A stretch of DNA of 64,000 nt from NCBI GenBank assembly GCA_020184695.1, contig JAANOX010000033.1:186001-250000 (forward strand), written 5' to 3'. How positions within the stretch are numbered: position 1 is the stretch's first letter; each line of letters opens with the position of its first letter. This stretch comes from Histomonas meleagridis 2922-C6/04-290x (Eukaryota > Protista > Parabasalia). Of this stretch, positions 50,155 through 62,000 are shown one piece after another. The position numbers and the translations under genes were made by a program. The notes beneath the pieces were generated by a model. The model worked only from the letters and a program-made list of their open reading frames with translations. It had not been told where the DNA came from and did no database searches.

Positions 50155-51960
50155 TTATTGTAATTGATATTTAACGAGGTCAGCATAAGTTCCATTTTTA
50201 GCGAGTAGTTCCTTATGTGTACCCGTTTCTATTACTCTGCCTTCTTTAAACACAAAGATACGATCAGAGTTAATGACAGTTGCCAATCTATGAGCCACCA
50301 TAATAGCAGTCTTTCCATGTCTAATCTCTTCAAGAGATTTCTGCACCAATTGTTCTGACTCAGTATCCAAAGCAGCTGTAGCTTCATCCAATAACAAAAT
50401 TGGTGCCTTCATTAAAATAGCTCTAGAAATACAAATTCTTTGTTTCTGGCCACCAGACAAAGAAGTTTGTTGAACTGTTTGATGATAATTATGAGGTTGT
50501 TCCATGATAAAGTTATGAGCGTTACCAAGTTTAGCAGCTTCTTGAATTTCATCCATTGTAGCGTCTGGTACAGCATATTTAATGTTATCTTCAATACTCA
50601 TTGAGTATAATACTGGACCTTGAGGTACAACAGCAATTTGGCTTCTTAAGAAATGTGGTGCTAACTCTGTGATATTTACATCATCGACTAATATTTCACC
50701 ACTTTCTATTTCATAAAATCGTTGTAATAATTGTAGTGTTGTAGATTTACCACAACCTGATTCCCCAACAAATGCTACTGTTTGACCTGGTTCAACTACA
50801 AAACTTAAATGTTGTACTGCATATGTATCATTTGATTCATATTTAAATGAAACATCACGGAATTCAACTTTGCCTTTAATTGTCTTCTTTCCATGAACAT
50901 TATCTGCACCTTGATCATTGTCAACATCAGGTACACGATCTACGATATCAAGAATCTTTCTTGCTGAAATTCTAGCTTTATCGAAATCATCAATCGAACT
51001 TAATGCTGTTGATACACCCATTGTTCCTAACATCATTGACATCATTAAGATCATTATATCACCAGGTTCTAAGCCATAATATGGTTTAGATACAATCATC
51101 CATGATACATAATAGATTAAGACAGCAATCATTAACCAAACAAATAATGTAATAAGGCCATCTTTAATTCCATGTGCTAAGGATGTCTTTTTATAAACTC
51201 CATAAACACTATCAAGACTTGATGAGTATAATTCGAATTCATGTAATTCACAATCAAATGATTTAACGGTACGAATTTGTGTAATAACTTCTTCGGCTTT
51301 TGTGGAACAAGCTGTTGATGAATCATTATATTCGACCCAAAGTTTATCAATACATTTGGAGCCAATAATATAAATAACAGCACATATTGGGATAACAACA
51401 CAACATACTAATGTTACACGCCATACTGTGCAAAATGATAATATAATACCTGCAATTGATTGCGCTGCTGATTGAATAACTTGCGAAAATTTATCAACAT
51501 ATGTTTCACGAATTAGAACAACATCTTCCCCAATTCTACCTACAAGAACACCTGTAGGAACTTTGTCGAAATATGGAATATCTTGTCTGACAAGGCTTTC
51601 GAACATTCTTAACCTTAAGTCTGCAAAGTATGCTGTGCCTGCAATAATTCTTGACGACATTGATAGAATTTGAATAACTGTCATAATAACAATAATTACA
51701 ATCATTTCAATACATAATGTGGTAATGGTATCCAAATCAAATGATGAATCTCCTGAAACCATTGTCATGGAATTCATCATATCACCGATAATTACGTTCA
51801 TTAATAGTGGGGATGCACCATGTAAAACGCTAAGTATAATTGATATAACAAAAAGAGCTTTGTGTTTCATTAAACTAATGCATTGTGAGAATTCATTTCC
51901 TTTTAATTCATAATCAGTATCATTTGAACCTTGTGTTGCAAATACAGCTTGAGGAGGCAT
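50155..51960 (-). CDS. ABCB-type half transporter (TMD + NBD)
   Basis: Walker A GESGCGKST, LSGGQKQR signature, LLLDEATAALD and VAHRL; six TM segments. Confidence 0.93.
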   Translation of the reverse strand: MPPQAVFATQGSNDTDYELKGNEFSQCISLMKHKALFVISIILSVLHGASPLLMNVIIGDMMNSMTMVSGDSSFDLDTITTLCIEMIVIIVIMTVIQILSMSSRIIAGTAYFADLRLRMFESLVRQDIPYFDKVPTGVLVGRIGEDVVLIRETYVDKFSQVIQSAAQSIAGIILSFCTVWRVTLVCCVVIPICAVIYIIGSKCIDKLWVEYNDSSTACSTKAEEVITQIRTVKSFDCELHEFELYSSSLDSVYGVYKKTSLAHGIKDGLITLFVWLMIAVLIYYVSWMIVSKPYYGLEPGDIMILMMSMMLGTMGVSTALSSIDDFDKARISARKILDIVDRVPDVDNDQGADNVHGKKTIKGKVEFRDVSFKYESNDTYAVQHLSFVVEPGQTVAFVGESGCGKSTTLQLLQRFYEIESGEILVDDVNITELAPHFLRSQIAVVPQGPVLYSMSIEDNIKYAVPDATMDEIQEAAKLGNAHNFIMEQPHNYHQTVQQTSLSGGQKQRICISRAILMKAPILLLDEATAALDTESEQLVQKSLEEIRHGKTAIMVAHRLATVINSDRIFVFKEGRVIETGTHKELLAKNGTYADLVKYQLQ

Positions 51961-53698
51961 ATAAAAAATGAACCATTTGGTTTAGCCACTTATTTTTGTT
52001 AAGTGTTCCACTTCATCCGACCAGAAAAAATTTGAGAAATGATCGCTTTAATGTGTTGGTAAAAAATTATAGAATAAAAATTTTGAATACCCCTACTTTG
52101 AATTTTCAGAACTTAATGGTTCGATTATTAAGAAAAGTAAACCGCCGAATGAGGGAGAAAAAACCGCTTGTGATTGAATCGGATGTAGCAGTTTCAATAC
52201 AAAAATGTAATCAGTTGCCGTTCAAGAAAAATCATGAATTATTTATTAATCAGAATATAAACAAGACTTCGATTACTAAATTACCGATGATTTATCACTT
52301 TTGGACTAGCTATCAAAAAAATTGAAAATATGTATAATGCTATTGAACATTTATAATATAAACTAATATACAAAATATTCATCAAAGAGAAGCCTTAATT
52401 TTATACCGGAGGGAAAAAATTTTTGGTGAAAAAATATTTGTAAGAATATCAATATATCTTACTCTGAAAAGTTGTAGTAATTTTTTTTTGATTATTTAGA
52501 GCGCCTTTAGCCCTTTCTCTTTTTTAAGATATAATTTTGATCAAGCATTTACATTTTTTAATTCAAAGAGATCTTAAAGGTGAATATAATACCAAACAGT
52601 TCCAGTTCTAATTCATACATGTCGGTTATATTCAGTAATTTCACCTGCCATATATTTTTCATATGCTTCATAAGCATCATAATTATACTGTTTGATACGT
52701 GCACAAATGTGCTTAATGTCATTATAGCCTTCATTTGACACATTAGTTTTAATTAATTTTTCTTTATCAGACTCATTAAATTTAATGAATTTTCATAGTT
52801 TATCAATGCACTTCGGATTAACGTGTCAAAGTGTTACGGTAAAGTTCATCGGAGTTTATGCTATCAATTATAGAAATGCCGATGCAATATATCCTTATTT
52901 CAATGACTTGAGATGTCAAGGCCAAATGGCCGCATTTCTCATATGATTTACACAAAAAAGATCTATTGACAGGTTTATTTCAAGTTTTCTGAGTTCATGT
53001 CAAAAAGTTGTCAAACAATTGCCAACAAAAGCAGGCGGTTATGAATTACCTTTTTAAAGTGGTGAACAGCATTAAGTACATATGTGCTGTCATTCAACAA
53101 AAGAATAGTGGTACTTTTAATTAAAGGTTACTATATTGATTTTGGGACATAATTCCATTCGATCTTTAATAAGTATTAACATCAAAAAATGTAATTTTTT
53201 AAAGTAAAATTATCAAACCCATAAACTCAAACATGTGGTTAATGAGAACGTATCTATTTTTTAGTTTAGATAGGAAAAACTTATAATTTTTGTTAAGAAA
53301 TGCCAATAAATTTACATCGGGCCACCCCCAAATCCCGATTGCTCTCAAATTCATCGACCATCGGCATATACCTTCTTGCCGTTTCATGATCTTCTCAAGA
53401 AAAATTAATTTTTAATCTTACCTCCTAATTTAATTCCTTTTTAATATTTTATATCATTCACAATAATTTTTAAATTTTTATTTGGTACATTATAAGTTTA
53501 AATTCACAAATTCTTCAGCTTTGGTCATTGACCGCTCATATCCAAATAACTTTTTCAAACTCTAACCCCTTTTTTTGTGTGGTTGTAAAGCAAAATCGTA
53601 CTAGCGCTATTGAAAACATGGACTTCTTGTATCAAATTTTTGAGAACATTCAGAGGGAAACGATACCTGCTAAAAAGCACAACCAACCATAAACAAAA

Positions 53699-55156
53699 AT
53701 GGAAGGTGTGGAAACAGCTTCAAATGAAAGGCCCCATGATATGTGTTTTCAAGTAAGACGCATATTCTTATTTCTTATAGTTGCTATACTTTATGCATTA
53801 GTTTTCTTTCAAAGAACTTGTCCTTCAATTGTATCAACAGAAATGGCTTTAGACTACAACAAAACAACATCTGATCTGAGTATTTTCTCATCAATCTTCT
53901 TCTACCCATATGGTATTGTTCAACCATTTGCAGGTCTTCTTGCAGATATCATTGAGCCATCATATGTTATTGGTATTATGCAAATCATAGCATCAATAGG
54001 TACAATTGTTTGCGGTGCTTCAGGTAACATAGGCGTCGGATGCGCAGCACGTTTCTTCTGTGGTCTTGGATGTGGTCCAACATATGTTCCAGTTTGTAGA
54101 ATCATTCTTGCATGGTTCCCACAAAAGAACTATGCCATTATGGTCGGTATATTACTTGCCTTTGGTGGTGTTGGTTCCATTATAGCCCAAGCTCCGTTAG
54201 CTCAATTAGCAACATCTATTGGATGGCGTGGGTCATTCTATTTGATTGGTGGCATCAATCTTTTCTTCTCCATTCTTTGCCTTATATTTGTTCGTGGTAA
54301 TCCAACCAAACTTAATTATCTTCCAGTTAACACTGAACTTACAGCCAACAGTGGAGAGCAAACCACCACCAAAGAGAAGCTTCTCACACTTAGGAACAAC
54401 TTTGTCAAAGTTGTTACGTATCCATTTTTCTGGCTGATTGTTGTTTATGCCGTTTTCTCCAGTGGTCCATACTTTGATATCAGTGGTATGTGGATCAGCC
54501 CATATCTCCAGCATGTTCTTGGGTATAGTCGCCAAGAATCCGGAAATGTCTCAATCATGTTATCAGTTGGTCTTATTGCCGGATCCTTATTAATTCCTCC
54601 CTTGTCCACCTTTTTACGCACACGTAAGTGGCCATGCTTTGTTTCCTCCCTCATTGCAGCTGTTGTCTCATTAGTCTTTTATCTTCTTTCCGCTGATAAA
54701 ATCAGTGAAGTATTAGTTTACTTCCTCTTGTTCTTCATTGGCGCCTTCACTAATGCGTTAACAAGTGTTTGTTATCCATTGGTCAGTGAATATTTCCATC
54801 CATCAATTGCAGGTACAGCTGTCGGATGTTCGAACATATTCACGTTCTTGTCGTCAGCTGTCTTCCAAACGATTTCATCTTCGATCATCGAAAAGTACGG
54901 AACTGTCGAAGGCACAACTGATGTATATACAGAAAAGGGCTACAAACAAGGACTGTGGCTCGTCTGCTTGGTGTCTTTCTTGGTGTCTATGGTTGCGATT
55001 GCGATAACGAAGGATATGCAGAAGAAGAAAGAAGAAGAAGAAATCAGCCAATCGCGCGAAATGGAAGAAGAATCTGACCAACAATCGAAGCAGCCCGAAG
55101 AAGAAGTCAAGAGACCTACGAAGGAGGATACTGGAAGTGATCTCGAAGAAGTTTAA
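53699..55156 (+). CDS. MFS transporter (organophosphate/UhpC-like)
   Basis: About 12 TM segments, FFQRTCPSIV, QPFAGLLAD, ARFFCGLG and SIGWRGSF. Confidence 0.9.
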   Translation: MEGVETASNERPHDMCFQVRRIFLFLIVAILYALVFFQRTCPSIVSTEMALDYNKTTSDLSIFSSIFFYPYGIVQPFAGLLADIIEPSYVIGIMQIIASIGTIVCGASGNIGVGCAARFFCGLGCGPTYVPVCRIILAWFPQKNYAIMVGILLAFGGVGSIIAQAPLAQLATSIGWRGSFYLIGGINLFFSILCLIFVRGNPTKLNYLPVNTELTANSGEQTTTKEKLLTLRNNFVKVVTYPFFWLIVVYAVFSSGPYFDISGMWISPYLQHVLGYSRQESGNVSIMLSVGLIAGSLLIPPLSTFLRTRKWPCFVSSLIAAVVSLVFYLLSADKISEVLVYFLLFFIGAFTNALTSVCYPLVSEYFHPSIAGTAVGCSNIFTFLSSAVFQTISSSIIEKYGTVEGTTDVYTEKGYKQGLWLVCLVSFLVSMVAIAITKDMQKKKEEEEISQSREMEEESDQQSKQPEEEVKRPTKEDTGSDLEEV

Positions 55157-55597
55157 ATTAAGTGTTTTCTTAACCAAATAAATAAAGAATTATATCAAAA
55201 TGTAATCAAAACATTTAATGAATGAAAATTTGGTTTTATGATTCTGAAAAGACACAAAATTTTGGACACTTTTCGTGTAAAATTGTTATCGTTGGTGGAA
55301 AATATGAATCAAAAAGTGCCAAAAGAAGTTCACCGGATTTGACGCGTCAAATTCAATGGCTGAATAACAATTGTTATAAGCAGAAAAATGTTATCGTTGT
55401 ACTAAAATTATATCGTTTCAATTGCAAAGCTGCTGCATCTTTCTTAACACAATTCGTTTTTATTACAAATTAAAATGCATTTTCTTACTATTTTTACAAT
55501 ATGATACCGCAAAATTAGCTGAAGATATATATAACAAATTTTTGGGTCCTGTAATCAAACAAGCGAAGAATTCGAAAATATAAAATGAAAAGAATTT

Positions 55598-56806
55598 TTA
55601 ATCAAAGGATTTTATAGTATAATCCAAATCAGTGTAGATGCAATCCCCTTCTATATCAGTAAACAATTGGCATAATGGCGCTTCTTTTTGTTTAATCACT
55701 TCTTCTACTAGACCTAAAATAACTTTAGCGCATTCTAATATTTTGTCAAAATTCATTTCTTTGATGACGTCCGCAAGTATTGTTTCTTTATAATTTGTGT
55801 CAAGTGTACTTAGTGCAATTATCATGACTGCAACCGCAACGGTTTTCGTATCGGTTATTGAAATTTTGTCTGAAAATAACGAACATAAACCAATGAAAGT
55901 CGCAATTCTGAGTAACGAAAGCGAAGCAGACTCCATTTGGTTTATCCAATAATTAAAGAACATTGGTAATGTTATACAATTGATTTTACATTTAAGTTGA
56001 TTGACAATAGTAAGTTCAGTTGTCGAAATGTCATCATCAGTAAATTTATTATCTAATTCTTTCGCATAAGAAGAATGTTGTGGATAGAAAGAGTTGTTAA
56101 ATTTTGCTGCTAAGCTAAAACAACTGATTCCATATAATAATAATTGATCTTTTTTAATATCACATACTGATAGAATTCTATCAAAAAGACGAACAGCCAT
56201 AAAAAGAGATTTCGATGAAACCTCAAAAATATCTGATTTTGATATAAATAATTGAATTATGTCTATTCTATCACTTTCTTTTAATTCTGTTTGTTTTGCA
56301 AATAAATCTGTGTGAGGAGAGAGTTCCTGATCATCTGCAACAATTTCATTGATGTAGATGCCGGAATACTGTGGAACGCTTTCAAATGCGTTTGGTGGAT
56401 ATTGAGCCCATGAAAACGTTGGTGGATGTATTTGGGAACAAAATGAAAGATCACAATTCTGCCTATATTCACTCTTAGGAAACACAGGTGAAAAACATGA
56501 GCCCTTTGATATTGTTTGTACTCTTTGAGACTGTGAATATCGATAATCAGAGTCTTGAAAGCCAACAAAATTATAACCACTTTGCGAGTCTGTCCAATGT
56601 CCGAATTGACTATCGCTCTGAGAATTTGATGGATATGAATCATCGCTTATAGCAACCTGTGTAAATTGATATTCCGGTGTTCCAACAGCAGATGGATGAC
56701 CGGATTGACTTGAAGTGAGATTACCGTAATGACATGGAATTGGACTATTGCATTTATTTTGAGAATTGGATGCGTTTTGCGGTGATTGAGGAGTTTGTGG
56801 AAGCAT
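55598..56806 (-). CDS. Cyclin (cyclin-box) protein
   Basis: RIDIIQLF...SLFMAVRLFDRIL...LLLYGISCFSLAAKF...ELTIVNQL cyclin N domain. Confidence 0.85.
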   Translation of the reverse strand: MLPQTPQSPQNASNSQNKCNSPIPCHYGNLTSSQSGHPSAVGTPEYQFTQVAISDDSYPSNSQSDSQFGHWTDSQSGYNFVGFQDSDYRYSQSQRVQTISKGSCFSPVFPKSEYRQNCDLSFCSQIHPPTFSWAQYPPNAFESVPQYSGIYINEIVADDQELSPHTDLFAKQTELKESDRIDIIQLFISKSDIFEVSSKSLFMAVRLFDRILSVCDIKKDQLLLYGISCFSLAAKFNNSFYPQHSSYAKELDNKFTDDDISTTELTIVNQLKCKINCITLPMFFNYWINQMESASLSLLRIATFIGLCSLFSDKISITDTKTVAVAVMIIALSTLDTNYKETILADVIKEMNFDKILECAKVILGLVEEVIKQKEAPLCQLFTDIEGDCIYTDLDYTIKSFD

Positions 56807-56976
56807 TATGAACGTTTATTAATTATTGTTACAAATTAATAAACGTTCATTTTATAATTGTTCCAAAAAAAAAAAAAAAATACAGCGAAAAAAATATTTA
56901 AGTTTCTTTTATTTTAAATAAAGTCGTTCAATGTTTAAAATGAAATGTATTTAAAAAAAACACATTTATAAAATTT

Positions 56977-58437
56977 TTATAGAAATTCAATACCCTCTTC
57001 ACCAATAATTATGTCCTCTGAATTTGAAATATAAATGCGTAGACTCTTATTGCATTTTTTTAGGATATTTGACGCTGTTTGACTTACACAAGGATCTTCA
57101 TTATCTTCTAACTCCGAAAGAATCTCTGTGAATTTAGATTCAAATGGCAAGAAATGCTCATAACTTGGAATGCCTTTGTTATTGATTTTGAGCATAGCAT
57201 CATCTAAAGATTTTAACAAATTTATCATTGTTATAGAATCAATATTGGAATCAAATATATCCAAAATTACCAGCAACACATTGGATTCAAAGAACCTTCG
57301 CGTAATTTCTATTGAAGATTTCGATAATAAAAGTAATGTCAATTGAGAAACAATACATTTCATCTGGAAATCTCCTTCTATAAATGTATCGCGGTAATAT
57401 ATTAATCTATTTGGGTCTGCTAGGAAATCAATCAAATTATTGAATGATTCATCATCAAAAGTAAGTCCAAATGAGTAGATTATATTGACCAGCAAATTAA
57501 AAACCGTTTCTTTGATTAGTTTATTTGGGGTTTCTATGAATTTCGCAATTTCGAATAAGTTTATAAACGATAGAATTTCATGACGAATTTCATCGCTTTG
57601 TGCATACATACATGAAGCAATAACATGAAGTGAGCATGCTATTGTGTCATCATCTGTTTCAGGGCTTAATAAGAATTGGTAAAAAATTTGACAGATTTCA
57701 TGTTCAAGAATTACTTGTATTCCTTCATCTTTAAGGGTACAAGCAATGTTTCTTATACATTCGGAAATCCTCGGATATAAAAATGTATATGATAAAGAAA
57801 GAATTTTTCCCCAAATTTCACAAAGTTGATGAAGGACATCAACTGAAAGATGAATAAGATACAACGAAGTTTGTTTAAATGCGATTGATATTGAAATAAG
57901 CATGTTCATATTGTTTTCAGTTGGTGGGTAATCTAAATAAGTATTGAATATGTTTGATAAAGCTTCAAAAACAGGATTTTCAAAGCAAAAATGAATTGAT
58001 TTATTAGATGTAAATAAAAGGGATAAAAGACGTACTGTTGGATTGATTAAAAAATCATTATCTAAAAATTTGAGTAATATTGGGATACAATCTTTTGATA
58101 TTATAAAATCAATTACACTAGTTGTCATCGAAGATTCTTGAACTAGTATATAAAGGCAATAATATAAAATATGTTGATCAAAATTATCATGATTTAATAT
58201 ATTTAAACAGACGAATGATATATCAAAAAGGATTTTTAACTCTGATATTCGTGGAATAATTGATGATATTTCGCTTAGTTTTTGATAAGCTTCCTTTTGA
58301 TTTTCAGATAAAAGATTTTGATTTAATTGTTCAATAATATTTTTAATTTTGTCATAATCAAGCATGTCCACAACCTCACTCGAATCACCTGATTGTAAGA
58401 CAGAGGTGATATCGTAACTTTTTCCTTTATACTCCAT
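56977..58437 (-). CDS. Hypothetical ARM-repeat protein
   Basis: 486-aa helical ORF with ARM-like periodicity. Confidence 0.65.
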   Translation of the reverse strand: MEYKGKSYDITSVLQSGDSSEVVDMLDYDKIKNIIEQLNQNLLSENQKEAYQKLSEISSIIPRISELKILFDISFVCLNILNHDNFDQHILYYCLYILVQESSMTTSVIDFIISKDCIPILLKFLDNDFLINPTVRLLSLLFTSNKSIHFCFENPVFEALSNIFNTYLDYPPTENNMNMLISISIAFKQTSLYLIHLSVDVLHQLCEIWGKILSLSYTFLYPRISECIRNIACTLKDEGIQVILEHEICQIFYQFLLSPETDDDTIACSLHVIASCMYAQSDEIRHEILSFINLFEIAKFIETPNKLIKETVFNLLVNIIYSFGLTFDDESFNNLIDFLADPNRLIYYRDTFIEGDFQMKCIVSQLTLLLLSKSSIEITRRFFESNVLLVILDIFDSNIDSITMINLLKSLDDAMLKINNKGIPSYEHFLPFESKFTEILSELEDNEDPCVSQTASNILKKCNKSLRIYISNSEDIIIGEEGIEFL

Positions 58438-59012
58438 TTATGGATCATATGTGAAAGTCAAAAATCAATGAACTCATTGAATATATTGAAAACAAATCCT
58501 TACAAACTTAAACGGTTTGCATTATCTGGGGAAGAATATACTGAAATTAAAAGAAAAAATAAATTTTTCACGAAATATTATATATTATTTTGAAATTTAA
58601 AATACTATTTTCGATCACATCATTTGTTTCATTAAAAATAAAAAATTATTTAATTGATGATTTATTTTTCAACATCAAATGTTTTCTGAAAATTTTCAAT
58701 AATAATTGTTTATTTATACATCCCCATTTATGTGCTTTTTTTCTAGAAAAATATGTATTTTGATTTCCATTTACTAACATTTTGATTCAAATATTTTCGA
58801 TGTTTTTTAAAAAGTATCTCAAAGGATAGCAAATAAAATTTTCGAATTATCAAATCGCACAAAGAACCATGTTGAATCGCTTGCATCATAAACCATAATT
58901 CCATTTATCAACAATTTCAAATAATTTCTGTTTATTATTATTGGCGTTTTCTCAATAAAATTTTCACATAAAAATTATTTCATAAAACCAAAACAAAAAT
59001 ACATCAAAAAAA

Positions 59013-62000
59013 TCACTTTTTATTGATTTGGTATTTTGACAGCGTATCATTAAACGACACGAATGCTGCTTCGAGTTGGTCCTGCATTGGTCTAAACTCG
59101 TGTTGAGACTGCACCATTTTGTCGTGTATTTCCAACGCCTTCTTAATGACCGGTATGAATGCGCCGAATATTTCCTTTAGTTTCCTTACGTACTTCAAAT
59201 GTATTTTGTCATTTGTATTATTACTATTATTATCTGACAAAAACACTTCAGCGATTTTACACGGTCCGACGTTCACTTGTGCCAAAAGTGTTCCATGTAA
59301 CAATTGTTGGATCTTTATCGTGTCGTCTTGTTCGATTGCCTTTTCGAACGAATTTAATTGATCGCGAAGTTGTCGATATGAAACTCTTATTGGCATGAAT
59401 TCCTTTTCTTCGTATTTTTCGACTTCTTGAATTTTACTGATGTACGGCATTGGATATTTCACGTAGATCAAAGTCCTTCTAATCCATTGCTCGTCAATTT
59501 CTCCTTGAATTTTATTACTATCTTTAAGGAATGGAGAATCGAAGAAGAACTTCGTGATGAAATTACTCCGTTCGAAAGGTGTTCTTCGGACTTTCATTTC
59601 GTTCTTAGTTAGATATGGTTCGACGTAAGTAATTTGGATGTAACCTTTATCAGGAGAAAGTTTCGATTTATCAACTTCCCCTTTTTCTTTTATTAATTCG
59701 ATTGGTATATTTTTATTAACGTTTTGATACTTCTCAATAAGACTATTTGAGAAGTCATATAAATGTGTTAAGTTCTTCTCACGATATATAAATGTTTTAT
59801 TGTTCAATAACATATCAAAGTTTGAACCATAAAATGTAACTTTGAAATAACTTCCGAACATTCGTTCATCATTAATCTTAAACACAATATCATTCATAGA
59901 TTTTTGTAACTTAAAGAAACGTGAAAGATTAGAGAAGCCTCGAGTATTTTCATAGATGGTCCATATGATATCGATCATTAAATTAGCGATTTCCCATTGT
60001 TGTCTTGGGATACATTTCTTTGTAATATCATATAATAATGCATTTAATGATCGAATATTAAAATATTTACTATCACAATAACCATTTAAACGAGGACATT
60101 CATCATAATCATGAATAGCAAATAATGAATAAGAACAAACTTGATCAAATGCATGTGCTGCATGTTTCATACCGAATATTGGTGGGATTTTATTTTGTAA
60201 TGTTAAATATTCGATGATTATAGCTGCTTGTAATAAACGTGATTGTAAAAACTCTGCATCATAACCTTGTTTTTGTTGATGCTCAGATAATTTATCTAAT
60301 TCTTCTAAGACTGTATCAGGTGAAGAACGGATTAATTCTAATTTCTTTAAGCGTAACATATTATATGTATCGACATCTAAATCTTTTTGTTCTAATTGAA
60401 ACTCAATATTAGCTAATGTCGTTATAGTTTTAGTGATATCTTGAAATGAGATATCACCTGCTTCAATTTTAGCTTCTTCTGAAGGTCGTAATTTAATATC
60501 AAATAATTCATCTTTTGTAAATGATGATAATGTTCGAAATATTAATGGATATATTCGTTGAAATCCTTTCGATAACTTAAATTCGGATGCTAATATCTTT
60601 AAAAAGAAATCTGATATATAAGATGAATATTTACTTTGTTTAAATAAACATTTAAATAATTGTGATGGTGCAGGATTAGCGTTATCTAAAAATGAAATAA
60701 TATCTTTTGTAGCTATATTCGTTAATATGATTAAGAAATGATTATATAAATCAGTAGCAATGATTTTATATTGATATAAAAATTGATATATAATTGCAGT
60801 AATATCACTTATACAATAATTATCATTTAACATGAACTTAATCATTTTTATAATTGATACTTGTGTAGAATAAAATATTTCTCTTAAACGATTATTTTCA
60901 TTCGATTTAGGTAATTTCGATTCAATGATATTTGCGGAATTTATTAAACTAAATATCGATTGTCGAAAGTCATTACGATTAATTCCATTCCACCATTTAT
61001 TAGTTTCTTCATTATACTCAAGATTTTCCATCAAATATATTAAAAAGATTTGATTTGGTTGTACTTCATTCCGATTTTCAAATTGTGGTATAGGAATAAT
61101 TAAATTAATACAATCATAAAGTTGCATAGCTATATCATGTTGAATCTTTTGTGAATATAATGCAATGATTTCTAATAATAATGAAAACAAGAAATTACTT
61201 CCATATTTATCAAATAATATTAACTTAAAAATAAATAATTTCATTGGCCGCATTTTCATTAATGAACAATAAAATAATTTCGGCTTTAATACTTCCGTCA
61301 AGAATTTTGGTAAATAATTCGAATTATTTGATATTAATATATTAGTTTGAACTATTAACGCATAAATTGCTTGACAACAAAATCCAGAATCAAATAACGC
61401 ATTAATGAAATTAGATAATTGTACTAATGATTCATTAGGATCTGTTTCTTTAATTGTTAATTTAGTATAAGAAAAGATAAACTGTGAAAAGATAATCGAA
61501 AATGAACAATCATTATTCATTTTAAGTGATTTAATGATTAATAAGAAAAAGAATTCAAGTAATTTCTTATCAGGTCGAACACTTGTAACTATTAAATCCA
61601 TATATTCCGTCCAACCAATCATTAATAATCGATGATATTCATCCGGATTTCGAAATGCAAAATTCGATGCATAAATATTAAAATGTTTAAAATCAATGAT
61701 ATCATTACAACGTTCTGCTAATCGAACAAATCCAATTATAGCCTTTTTCGGATTATGTAATAAATTACCCATTAATAAGTCTAAAATTACATAAAATGCT
61801 TTCACTAATGATTGATCTGTAATTTTAGATATTGAATCAATTGATGTACCTTTCGAATGAATGAATTTCATTAATGATTCATCCGATGAATATAATGATG
61901 AATTAAATCGAATATTTGTCGATACACAATTTGATTGATCTAATTTTGTATTATTTGTGATTTTTTCCATATCAATTTTCTTATCATAATATATTGTAGC

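Noticed and set aside
52500-53400. GC-patchy intergenic region (possible decayed element); likewise 44200-44700 with a 57-codon minus-strand ORF
   Set aside because: No TIRs, TSDs or recognisable protein motifs found.
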